Part shown: piece by piece, positions 8,921 through 16,115 of the stretch
How the letters are laid out: each line of letters opens with the position of its first letter
Position numbering within the stretch: position 1 is the stretch's first letter
Assembly (NCBI GenBank): GCA_017642565.1
Contig: JAGCOU010000041.1
Location: forward strand, 1-32,247
DNA length: 32,247 nucleotides
Source: Alphaproteobacteria bacterium
GTDB lineage: Bacteria; Pseudomonadota; Alphaproteobacteria; Rs-D84
Direction of reading: 5' to 3'
Translations under genes and position numbers: made by a program
Notes under the pieces: model-generated
The model's input: only the letters and a program-made list of their open reading frames with translations
Databases searched by the model: none
What the model was told of the DNA's origin: nothing

Positions 8921-10552
8921 ATGAAAATTTCTTTAAATATCTGTTTATTTAGTTGTTTGTTTAGTTTTGTACTTGCTGGATGTACATTACACGAATCGGC
9001 TAAGGTATCCGCAGAGGTGGATCGAGATTTTGTTAATGCTTATGAAGCGTTTGAAATGGCAAAAAATCCTCGTGCCAAGGTGGCAAGCGGTGACACCGTC
9101 ACTATGAGCGAAGGTGTATGGTTGGGTAACAAATCTACATTACAGGAACATAAAAATTCATTGCCTGCTAAATTTGAAACAGATACAGGGGTGACTATGT
9201 TGTTGAACGAGCCTGTAACTCTCCAGGTTTTGGCTAATGACATAAATTCCATCACAGGTATTCCCGTAAAAATAGATAGCCAGGTTGATGCTGAAAAGTT
9301 AAGAAAGACTGTGGATGTTGCGTATACAGGTAAATTGTCTGGCTTGCTTTCGCAAATCGCGACAGATTTAGATTTGCTTTGGTACTATGACAAAGACTCT
9401 ATCGTATTTTATGAAACAGAAACAAGAACATATACATTGTATGCGTTGGGAACAGATGTATCTTATCAGTCTTCGGTCCAAACAGATAGTGGTAACCAGG
9501 TTTCTTTGGAATCTACTTTAAAAGAATGGGACGAAGTAGAATCTACTATTAATTCTATTATAAATAATTCTAAGAATGCACAATTCACAGTATCACGCAG
9601 TTTAGGGACAATTACGGTAACTGCGTCTCCGTCTGTTTTGAATCGTGTCGGTGAATATATTGCAAAACAAAATAAACGGTTGTCACAATTAGTGACGATT
9701 GATGTCAAAGTATTGCAAGTGTCTTTAACGAATAATTCTGCGTTTGGGTTGAATTTAGCGGCAGCAATTAATTCTGCCTCAGGCTTAAATATCGTTGCAA
9801 ATCCAAAGAATAATTTATCTTTGACCGAATCGAGTTCGATGAATGTTGCTGTGTTGTCAAATGCAGTTTCTGCTTTGACTGGTGCAACGCATTTGGATGC
9901 AACTGGCAACGTAGTTTCTGGCGCTTATACTAACGATCAAATCAATAATGGTTCGATGGCGCGAATCGCTGGAACAAACGCTTTGATAGAGGCTCTGGCA
10001 AAGCAGGGCAAAGTGTCTTTGGTTACAAATGTGGGTGTTACAACGCGTAATAATCGTGTCGCACCCGTGACTAATACAAAAACCACAGGTTACATTAAAC
10101 GTTTCGAATCGCGTAATTTTACAACTGTTGAATCGAGTACTGTTGACCAGGCTGATTTGGAAACAGGATTTTCGATGCAATTGTTGCCTAATGTTTTGGA
10201 AAACGGCAAGATATTGTTGTTGTTCAAAATGTCTGTTCGTGAATTGTTAAAGATGTCAACGCAAACTATCGGGACATTCACATTGCAACTGCCAGAGGTT
10301 GAAGAACGTTCTTTCATGCAAGAAGTAATAATGGAATCAGGACAAATGTTGGTGGTTTCTGGGTTTGAAAAACAAAAGAACGATGATACCAGATATGGAC
10401 TTGGCGATGCTGACTTTATGGCATTATCTGGTTCTCGCGAAACCGGAGCAACTCGTGAAGTATTGGTTGTTATCTTGACACCACAAGTTTTGGTCAGCCC
10501 GCTGGATGCAGAAAAAAATATACAACAGCATTGGGGTGCCCCTCTGAACTAA
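8921..10552 (+). CDS. Outer-membrane lipoprotein secretin, PilN/TcpC-like (type IVb pilus secretin family)
   Basis: 543 aa. Lipobox VLAG-C at residues 17-21. Secretin-type C-terminal domain: VTIDVKVLQVSLTNNSAFGLNL ... GQMLVVSGFEKQKNDDTRYGLGD ... REVLVVILTPQVL. Lies 31 nt downstream of the TcpQ/PilL-like gene. Confidence 0.75.
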   Translation: MKISLNICLFSCLFSFVLAGCTLHESAKVSAEVDRDFVNAYEAFEMAKNPRAKVASGDTVTMSEGVWLGNKSTLQEHKNSLPAKFETDTGVTMLLNEPVTLQVLANDINSITGIPVKIDSQVDAEKLRKTVDVAYTGKLSGLLSQIATDLDLLWYYDKDSIVFYETETRTYTLYALGTDVSYQSSVQTDSGNQVSLESTLKEWDEVESTINSIINNSKNAQFTVSRSLGTITVTASPSVLNRVGEYIAKQNKRLSQLVTIDVKVLQVSLTNNSAFGLNLAAAINSASGLNIVANPKNNLSLTESSSMNVAVLSNAVSALTGATHLDATGNVVSGAYTNDQINNGSMARIAGTNALIEALAKQGKVSLVTNVGVTTRNNRVAPVTNTKTTGYIKRFESRNFTTVESSTVDQADLETGFSMQLLPNVLENGKILLLFKMSVRELLKMSTQTIGTFTLQLPEVEERSFMQEVIMESGQMLVVSGFEKQKNDDTRYGLGDADFMALSGSRETGATREVLVVILTPQVLVSPLDAEKNIQQHWGAPLN

Positions 10553-10583
10553 ATAAATTATAATAATAAATCTTCAACAAAAC

Positions 10584-10626
10584 CCGGCAACTTATGTAAC
10601 ATTTGTACACTGCGTTGCCGGTTTTT
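10584..10626 (+). terminator. Putative intrinsic terminator after secretin gene
   Basis: CCGGCAAC (10584-91) pairs with GTTGCCGG (10614-21) and is followed by TTTTT (10622-26). The loop is long (22 nt). Confidence 0.5.
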
Positions 10627-10640
10627 ATTGAACCTTTATC

Positions 10641-10690
10641 ATTCTAATTTATTTATGAATCGGTATATTCACTTGCTTGTCGCGGACTAT
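10641..10690 (+). repeat. Dispersed promoter/leader-like repeat, copy 1
   Basis: attctaatttatttatgaatcggtatatt (10641-10669) matches 28019-28047 at 27 of 29 positions. The following cacttgcttgtcgcgg resembles 27948-27968 and 28048-28068. Confidence 0.7.
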
Positions 10691-10761
10691 GATTCCCCTC
10701 CACCAGAGGGGAGGGCCACAGAGTGGCGGGGGGCAACACAAACTTGTTTGTGTCTACACCA

Positions 10762-10821
10762 CTTCGTCAAGACTTCGTGGTGCAAGCATCCCTTCGTTAA
10801 AACTTCGTGGTGCAGGCACGA
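10762..10821 (+). repeat. 30-nt tandem duplication inside the structured element
   Basis: Unit 1 is 10762-10791 (cttcgtcaagacttcgtggtgcaagcatcc). Unit 2 is 10792-10821 (cttcgttaaaacttcgtggtgcaggcacga). Hand alignment gives 24 of 30 identical. Confidence 0.8.
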
Positions 10822-10878
10822 CTCTTCGAGTCGTTAACCCTCCTTCCTGCTACGCGAACTCCCCCATGCTGGGCTAAT

Positions 10879-10907
10879 AAAAAAACCGTTCGATTGAACG
10901 GTTTTTT
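10879..10907. terminator. Bidirectional intrinsic terminator (rpsT and upstream element)
   Basis: A-run 10879-85, stem CCGTTC (10886-91) / GAACGG (10896-901) with loop GATT, then T-run 10902-07. Confidence 0.8.
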
Positions 10908-10926
10908 AAATGGTTATTTTTTATAA

Positions 10927-11187
10927 CTAAACAATCTTAGCAACTTTTTTTGCAAGACGCGCTACTTTGCGGGAAGCAGTTTTCTTTGGCATTGTTTTAC
11001 CTGCTGCTTTCATGATTTTGCTTTCTGCGGCGCGTGTTGCAGCAACTGCTGCGGCTTTGTCGCCAGATGCGATAGCTGTTAATGCTTTTTTAGTTGCTGT
11101 TTTAACAGCACTGCGGCGCGCAGTATTAATTGCGTTCTTCTTTTCAGTTACTAAAATTCTTTTTTTACAAGATTTATGATTTGCCAC
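10927..11187 (-). CDS. rpsT: 30S ribosomal protein S20
   Basis: 86 aa, basic. MANHKSCKKRILVTEKKNAINTARRSAVKTATKK matches the S20 N-terminus. Confidence 0.95.
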   Translation of the reverse strand: MANHKSCKKRILVTEKKNAINTARRSAVKTATKKALTAIASGDKAAAVAATRAAESKIMKAAGKTMPKKTASRKVARLAKKVAKIV

Positions 11188-11261
11188 TTTATTTTCCTTT
11201 TATTTTTGTTGGGTTTTATGTTATTTTATAAGAAAGATTAATAAAATCAAGGGAAAATGAC

Positions 11262-11849
11262 ATGTCTTATTTAATTTCTTTAATTACTTCTTATTTTTTA
11301 GGTGCAATTCCGTTCGGGTTGTTGGTCGCAAAATTGTTCAACAAAGGCGATATAAGGAAAGTCGGTTCGGGTAATATCGGGGCTACGAATGTTATGCGGG
11401 TCGGGGGGCTGCGATTGGCGGGATTTGTGTGGTTGCTCGATATGGCCAAGGCTGTTGTTGCAGTGCTGATTGGCAGGTATGTCGGTGGCGAATCGTTTGC
11501 TGTGTGGTGTGGTTTTATGGCAATCATTGGGCATTGTTTCCCAGTTTGGTTGCGTTTCCGTGGGGGCAAAGGTGTGTCTTGTCTTTTTGGTGTGTTGCTT
11601 GCTGTGAATCCGATTCTTTTTGTTGTGTGCGGAATAGAATGGTTAATCGTTGCTTTGGGAACTGGTATATCTTCGGCAGGCGCGCTAATCGTATTCTGTT
11701 TGATGCCGGTGCTCGGTTTTTGCATGAGTTTTGGTATAGGGATGGCATTTTTGGCTATATCTGCACTTTGCGTTGTTCGACACAGAGAAAACTTTTTGAG
11801 ACTTTTCAAAGGTCAAGAATCTATCATAGAGTGGAAGTGGAAAAAATAA
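11262..11849 (+). CDS. plsY: Glycerol-3-phosphate acyltransferase PlsY
   Basis: 195 aa membrane protein containing GSGNIGATNVMR and FKGGKG-like RFRGGKGV motifs. Confidence 0.9.
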   Translation: MSYLISLITSYFLGAIPFGLLVAKLFNKGDIRKVGSGNIGATNVMRVGGLRLAGFVWLLDMAKAVVAVLIGRYVGGESFAVWCGFMAIIGHCFPVWLRFRGGKGVSCLFGVLLAVNPILFVVCGIEWLIVALGTGISSAGALIVFCLMPVLGFCMSFGIGMAFLAISALCVVRHRENFLRLFKGQESIIEWKWKK

Positions 11850-11859
11850 TATTTTATAT

Positions 11860-11888
11860 TTGTATTTATTCGCAGATTATGATATAAT
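11860..11888 (+). promoter_or_regulatory. Sigma70-type promoter (TTGTAT-N17-TGaTATAAT)
   Basis: TTGTAT at 11860-65, a 17-nt spacer ending in TGa, and TATAAT at 11883-88. The SD AGAGGGA lies at 11901-07, ahead of ATG 11914. Confidence 0.55.
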
Positions 11889-11913
11889 GATTGCATATAA
11901 AGAGGGAATATAA

Positions 11914-12729
11914 ATGAAGCATTTTATTTCAATAGCAGTGTTATCTTTGTTGGTTTGTGGTGCCCAGGCTGCACAGAATGGACGTGCTACGATGGCAGGA
12001 AAGACTGTTATGTCTGCGCCACGTGCAACCGCATCTATTAACCAATTAAATGGTATGGGGGCGCCTGTGGCAAATAATGTGCCAACAAATCAAATACCTT
12101 ATACGGAACCTGTTCAACCAACTCCTCCTGTGGAAGAAGTTGATAGACGCGAAGAAGAACGCAATGCCTGTATAAATAATAATATTGGTATTGGAAATAC
12201 TTTCGTGTGGGCTTCGCGTAATAGTGATACTTCTAATTATGCAGCCATGATGGAAGATGTTAACAATCCAAAGAACAATGTTTGTTTCGTGCGTGTGGAA
12301 TTGAAATCTGATGACGAATCGCGGGTTTCTGTTTCTGATATTCCTGCGAAATATTTTATGTGGGGCGAAAATATCGAATGTGGTTCTTGGGTAAACGAAA
12401 AAGATATGGAAAAACGTATCTTGGATGCTAAGAAAGGCGCGCGAATCGGCGGTATCGTTGCAAGTACTGTCGGTGGCGCAGGACTTGGCGTTGGTGTGAT
12501 GGAAGCGTTTGGAAACAAGGCTATCGGTGGTAAAGTCCAAGGACAGAAAGCCCTGGAAGGTGCTCAATTATACAGATCTCAATTGTTGGTTTACAAAGAA
12601 AAAAATATTACGGAATATAATAGAATCGTCAGTGCTTTGAAGGTTATCAAAGAATCTGGTTCTACGGAAGCTATTGGTAATGTAGATTATGCTACATACA
12701 AACCTTTGTTGGATGAATTTGCTAATTAA
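11914..12729 (+). CDS. Secreted hypothetical protein with glycine-zipper hydrophobic module
   Basis: 271 aa. Signal peptide MKHFISIAVLSLLVCGAQA/AQ. The module EKRILDAKKGARIGGIVASTVGGAGLGVGVMEAF is shared with the protein at 16116-16922. Confidence 0.7.
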   Translation: MKHFISIAVLSLLVCGAQAAQNGRATMAGKTVMSAPRATASINQLNGMGAPVANNVPTNQIPYTEPVQPTPPVEEVDRREEERNACINNNIGIGNTFVWASRNSDTSNYAAMMEDVNNPKNNVCFVRVELKSDDESRVSVSDIPAKYFMWGENIECGSWVNEKDMEKRILDAKKGARIGGIVASTVGGAGLGVGVMEAFGNKAIGGKVQGQKALEGAQLYRSQLLVYKEKNITEYNRIVSALKVIKESGSTEAIGNVDYATYKPLLDEFAN

Positions 12730-12743
12730 AAAGGAAGTAGAAT

Positions 12744-13259
12744 ATGAAAAAGTATTTGGTTTTGGCTTTGTTGTTGGTTCCAACTGTTTCTTTTGCGGCG
12801 CCATCTGTTCGTGTTTTGGGCAGTGGTTCTGGAACAACTGCTTCTTCGGCAACGGGGACGAAAATTACACCGGCTAAGACAGCAAATGTTTCCAAGGCTG
12901 CTGCAACTAATACAGGCAGAACTGCGTCTGGTTCTCGTATAGGAACTGTGCGTGCAATGCCAAAAGTGGGCAGTGGCACAGTTAGCACAACTGCATCTGG
13001 AACCGCATCAAGATTTCCTGTGATAACACCTGCTCATTCTTACAGCAGTGTGACAAAACCTCAAACAGCAAGTGGCACTACGATAAATGTAGATTTGGAT
13101 AATTATTATAATAAAGAAGAAGTTAATAATATTATCAATGCACTGAAAGAAGAAGACGACCCAAGAATTGATGCTATTAGATTGGTTGACCCTTCTACTC
13201 CTGGTTTGCATACCAAAGATTTGCCAAGCGATTATGTTTATATGTGGATAGAAGAATAA
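12744..13259 (+). CDS. Secreted Ser/Thr/Gly/Ala-rich hypothetical protein
   Basis: 171 aa. Signal peptide MKKYLVLALLLVPTVSFA/AP, a low-complexity S/T/G/A-rich middle and an acidic C-terminus. Lies 14 nt after the preceding ORF, with an AAGGAAG SD. Confidence 0.65.
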   Translation: MKKYLVLALLLVPTVSFAAPSVRVLGSGSGTTASSATGTKITPAKTANVSKAAATNTGRTASGSRIGTVRAMPKVGSGTVSTTASGTASRFPVITPAHSYSSVTKPQTASGTTINVDLDNYYNKEEVNNIINALKEEDDPRIDAIRLVDPSTPGLHTKDLPSDYVYMWIEE

Positions 13260-13287
13260 TTGTTTTGTGCATTTTTTACTTAAAAAA

Positions 13288-13316
13288 GGTTGTAGTTTTG
13301 TTCTACAATCTTTTTT
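13288..13316 (+). terminator. Intrinsic terminator
   Basis: GGTTGTAG (13288-95) pairs with CTACAATC (13303-10) and is followed by TTTTTT (13311-16). Confidence 0.7.
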
Positions 13317-13319
13317 GTT

Positions 13320-14330
13320 ATGAATGCGTTATTAAAAAAACTTTTGATATTGCGAACCTCTGGAATTGGTCCGGCGAAATATAATGCGCTGGTGGAACAA
13401 TATGGCGATGATGATGCGATTATAGATGCATTGGCGCCTGTGCAAGATTTTATCGATTCTGTGAAACGCGAAATAGATTTAGCATATAGTTTAAACATAG
13501 AATATATTTGTGATTCCGATTCGAGATATCCAAAACAATTAAAGGCAATTAAAAATCATCCAATAATAATCTCTGCGCGTGGTAACACAGATACTTTGCT
13601 TAAATCAAGTGTGGCTGTGGTTGGAACGCGACATTCTACGGCGGCTGGAATGAATTTTATTGCTGATTTGGCTGAAACATTTGCGGCGCATAATTTTTCT
13701 GTGGTTTCTGGTATGGCGATGGGAACAGATACTGCGGCGCATGTTGGGGCACTAAAGGCGGCTGGTTGTGCACAAACTATTGCGGTGTTGGCTGGGGGCG
13801 TTGATTATATTTGGCCACTCGAAAACGAATCGTTATATTATGAAATCTTGGAACGAGGCGTTGTAATCAGTGAAATGCCTGTGGGAATGAAACCAAATGC
13901 ACAGAATTTTATTCAAAGAAATCATTGGGTTGCAGGACTTGCTGATTTTTTAATCATCGGTGAAGCAGATGCAAAATCAGGAAGTATGACCACTGCCCGA
14001 TTCGCTTTGAAATATAAAAAGCGCGTATTTGCGGTGCCTGGACACCCAAGCGATTCTCGAAGCGAAGGACCTAATTCTTTGATAAAAAGTGGCGAAGCAA
14101 CATTGTGTATGTCTTCAAAAGATTTTTTTGATGATGAAAATGTCAAGACAGATAAAAAAATTGTGAGACCGCAAAATGATATTCTCGATAAATTAGGAAT
14201 GATTCCTGTCTCGGAATCTGTATTGGCAAATCTTGTCAAAAAACCAGTTCCGGAAATCAAAGCTGATTTAGTGGTCTTGGAATTACAAGGTTTAATACGA
14301 AAACAAGATGGCGGTTATGTCTTAAATTGA
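13320..14330 (+). CDS. dprA: DNA processing protein DprA (Smf)
   Basis: 336 aa. Rossmann-like core with VVGTRHST..G...A..LA, SGMAMGTDTAAHVGAL and GSMTTARFALKYKKRVFAVPG. Confidence 0.85.
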   Translation: MNALLKKLLILRTSGIGPAKYNALVEQYGDDDAIIDALAPVQDFIDSVKREIDLAYSLNIEYICDSDSRYPKQLKAIKNHPIIISARGNTDTLLKSSVAVVGTRHSTAAGMNFIADLAETFAAHNFSVVSGMAMGTDTAAHVGALKAAGCAQTIAVLAGGVDYIWPLENESLYYEILERGVVISEMPVGMKPNAQNFIQRNHWVAGLADFLIIGEADAKSGSMTTARFALKYKKRVFAVPGHPSDSRSEGPNSLIKSGEATLCMSSKDFFDDENVKTDKKIVRPQNDILDKLGMIPVSESVLANLVKKPVPEIKADLVVLELQGLIRKQDGGYVLN

Positions 14331-14617
14331 TTTTTTAAATGTATATACAGTGTATATACAAAGTGCGAAAAACCAAGAAAAAAACGAATCGTTGTCAAAA
14401 AATAAATCGTAGATTTTAACTTAACATTTAGTTGCAAACAGAAATTAATTTTATACATTAATCGCATATCCAAACGATTGATTTTTATCAATCACTAAAG
14501 CGAGAGAAAAGAGTAGGGCACGCATAAATAATAAATGTAAATTTACTGTTTATGTGGGTGTGGTTCTTTAACCACAAAAAGGCGTAAACTCTTTTGGAAG
14601 GAAAAGGAGCAAACGAC

Positions 14618-15898
14618 ATGCAAGTAACAGCAACATTGAAGAACCCAAACGTCGAATCAATCATGGGGGCTTTTGCGGCCAAAATAGATTCAAGCGCGTT
14701 TGCAACATGGATTGCCCCTCTTAAAATGGAAGTGTGTCAAAAGTGTTTAAACCTTGTTGCGCAAAACCAATTTACCGCCGACTATGTCAAAAGAGAATAC
14801 GGAGAAATCCTGAAGGCAATAGCGGCGGATTTTCTTTTAGATTTAAATATTGTGGCTGGGGCGACTGTTAATAATATTGCAAAATGTGCAAATGATAATG
14901 TGGTTTGTGAATTTGTTCCTGCTGCAAAAACTCAAAGCGCAAAACAAAACGGTTTTGATAAATTTATCTGTTGTGATGAAAATATGTTTGCTGTTGCTGC
15001 GTGCAAAAAAATAGCAATGGCGAATGCTTCATTTTCTCAGTTATTTATATATGGTGGAAGCGGTGCTGGGAAATCTATGTTATTAGATTGTATTTGCGAT
15101 TCGTTTTCTGGGCATGTTGTTAAAATGACAGGTGGTCAATTTGTTGCAGATTTTGCTCGCTCTTTGCGCGATAAAACGATTTTTTCTTTTAAAGATTACT
15201 GTCGTAATTGTGATATATTTATGATGGACGATGTGTGTGCGTTGGCTGGTAAACGTGCAAGCATGGATGAATTTTTGCAATTGATTATGGATTTGAAAAC
15301 TGCTGGCAAAAGTATTGTCCTTACTGCGAATTGTGCGCCAAGCGCGTTAAATGGTTTCGATAGACGTGTTCAATCTTTGTTTGCTTCTGGTTTGGTTGTT
15401 GATGTTGTTGCACCAAATGCTTATGTTCGTCGTTCTATGTTGGTGCGCGCAGGTGTCAAAACAGATGTCGCAGACGAATTGTCAAAATCTATTGCTGCTG
15501 ATGGACATTTAGTAGACGGCATTATCAACAAAATAAAAACATACACAGAATTAATGGGCGAAAGCGTTAATATGGAAATTGCTTCTCGTTTGTTGGCTGA
15601 TGTGTTGCAAAAAAATAAAACACCAATTGCTATGGTAAAGGCAATGTGTGAAAAAATGTCTGTGTCATACGAAGAAGTTTGTGGTAATTCTCGTGCTCGC
15701 CGTCTTGTGCGTGCGCGTCAAATAATGATGGTTGCATTAAAGTCTGCAACAAATTTATCTTTGACAGAAATTGGTAATGTTTGTGGTGGACGCGATCATG
15801 CCACAGTGGTTTATGCACTTAATCAAATTGAAAATCAAAAGACAGTAGATTTGATGCTGAATGCAGAAATAGACGCGATGATTAAATTGTGCAAATAG
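14618..15898 (+). CDS. dnaA: Chromosomal replication initiator DnaA
   Basis: Start set at ATG 14618, preceded by an AAGGAG SD at a standard short spacing. The track TTG at 14594 is unlikely. AAA+ core: LFIYGGSGAGKSMLL, then a Walker B box (IFMMDD). C-terminal DNA-binding domain: ...LSLTEIGNVCGGRDHATVVYA. Confidence 0.9.
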   Translation: MQVTATLKNPNVESIMGAFAAKIDSSAFATWIAPLKMEVCQKCLNLVAQNQFTADYVKREYGEILKAIAADFLLDLNIVAGATVNNIAKCANDNVVCEFVPAAKTQSAKQNGFDKFICCDENMFAVAACKKIAMANASFSQLFIYGGSGAGKSMLLDCICDSFSGHVVKMTGGQFVADFARSLRDKTIFSFKDYCRNCDIFMMDDVCALAGKRASMDEFLQLIMDLKTAGKSIVLTANCAPSALNGFDRRVQSLFASGLVVDVVAPNAYVRRSMLVRAGVKTDVADELSKSIAADGHLVDGIINKIKTYTELMGESVNMEIASRLLADVLQKNKTPIAMVKAMCEKMSVSYEEVCGNSRARRLVRARQIMMVALKSATNLSLTEIGNVCGGRDHATVVYALNQIENQKTVDLMLNAEIDAMIKLCK

Positions 15899-15933
15899 AA
15901 ATTTTCGGTAAGCGAAAAAAAGGAGAGAAAAAT

Positions 15934-15960
15934 ACCTGCCGTTTTCGGCGGGTGTTTTTT
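15934..15960 (+). terminator. Intrinsic terminator after dnaA
   Basis: ACCTGCCG (15934-41) pairs with CGGCGGGT (15946-53, one G-U pair), followed by a T-run to 15960. Confidence 0.7.
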
Positions 15961-16065
15961 GCGTCGAAAAGGAACGTTTGAGTAGTATTTATATAAATTG
16001 AAAATCAGTGAGAAAAAAACCTAGATTTCCGGGGTTTTGTTTTTTTGTTTCAATGGGCAAATAGT

Positions 16066-16094
16066 TTGATTTAAACGTTCCTTTGTGTTATACT
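16066..16094 (+). promoter_or_regulatory. Sigma70-type promoter (TTGATT-N17-TGtTATACT)
   Basis: TTGATT at 16066-71, a 17-nt spacer ending in TGt, and TATACT at 16089-94. It overlaps the track TTG start at 16083, so that start is rejected. Confidence 0.6.
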
Positions 16095-16115
16095 ATTTAC
16101 GATAGAGGGAGTGCC

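Larger units (their letters stand above)
10676..10907 (+). ncRNA. Unclassified GC-rich structured element, possible small RNA (strand and ends uncertain)
   Basis: Much more GC-rich than surrounding intergenic DNA. Four perfect local hairpins: 10693-10700/10706-10713, 10736-43/10746-53, 10757-62/10777-82 and 10818-24/10828-34. UCGCG (10680-84) can pair with CGCGA (10853-57). The -10-like TATATT at 10664-69 lies upstream, and the hairpin plus T-run at 10886-10907 lies downstream. Confidence 0.4.

Noticed and set aside
10693-10735. CCCCUCCACCA (10695-10705) followed by G-runs looked like the acceptor 3' end (CUCC-ACCA, with possible G3:U70) of a circularly permuted two-piece alphaproteobacterial tmRNA gene. 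The downstream frame also ends ...ANSPMLG with a double stop TAA TAA (10853-10879).
   Set aside because: I cannot find a T-arm (GGTTCGA-like stem-loop) upstream of the ACCA. The would-be tag is short, does not end in the usual hydrophobic ..AA, and runs straight into a terminator with no room for downstream pseudoknots. The ACCA is simply the loop of a perfect local hairpin. ARAGORN or Rfam should still be run to exclude tmRNA formally.
10762-10821. Tandem repeat considered as a mini CRISPR array.
   Set aside because: There are only two directly abutting 30-nt units with no spacers. The units are imperfect, and no cas genes or leader are present.
10628-10877. Track ORFs 10628-10837 and 10677-10877 (+) inside the GC-rich element.
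   Set aside because: They have a non-ATG or SD-less start. The repeated peptide FVKTSWC(K/R)H merely mirrors the 30-nt DNA duplication. The region is dominated by stem-loops, so these are more likely non-coding.
11291-11809. Long antisense ORFs opposite real genes. Examples are 11291-11809 versus plsY, 12046-12567 versus the 271-aa ORF, 16097-16669 versus the coiled-coil ORF, 19275-19733 versus parE, 6788-7246 versus sufB, 20407-20898 versus pgsA, and 8209-8631 and 9466-9909 versus the pilus genes.
   Set aside because: The sense-strand genes have strong family signatures or signal peptides. The antisense frames have low-complexity, Cys/Ser/Phe-rich products and no start context. These are shadow ORFs permitted by local codon composition.
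16083-16115. Upstream alternative starts given by the ORF track: 16083 TTG, 7954 ATG, 14594 TTG, 29010 TTG, 31555 ATG, 20960 ATG and 31125 ATG.
   Set aside because: Each lies inside or upstream of a predicted promoter or terminator, or lacks an SD. The internal starts have good SDs and give canonical N-termini: signal peptides, the PgsA and Fba family starts, and the DnaA start.
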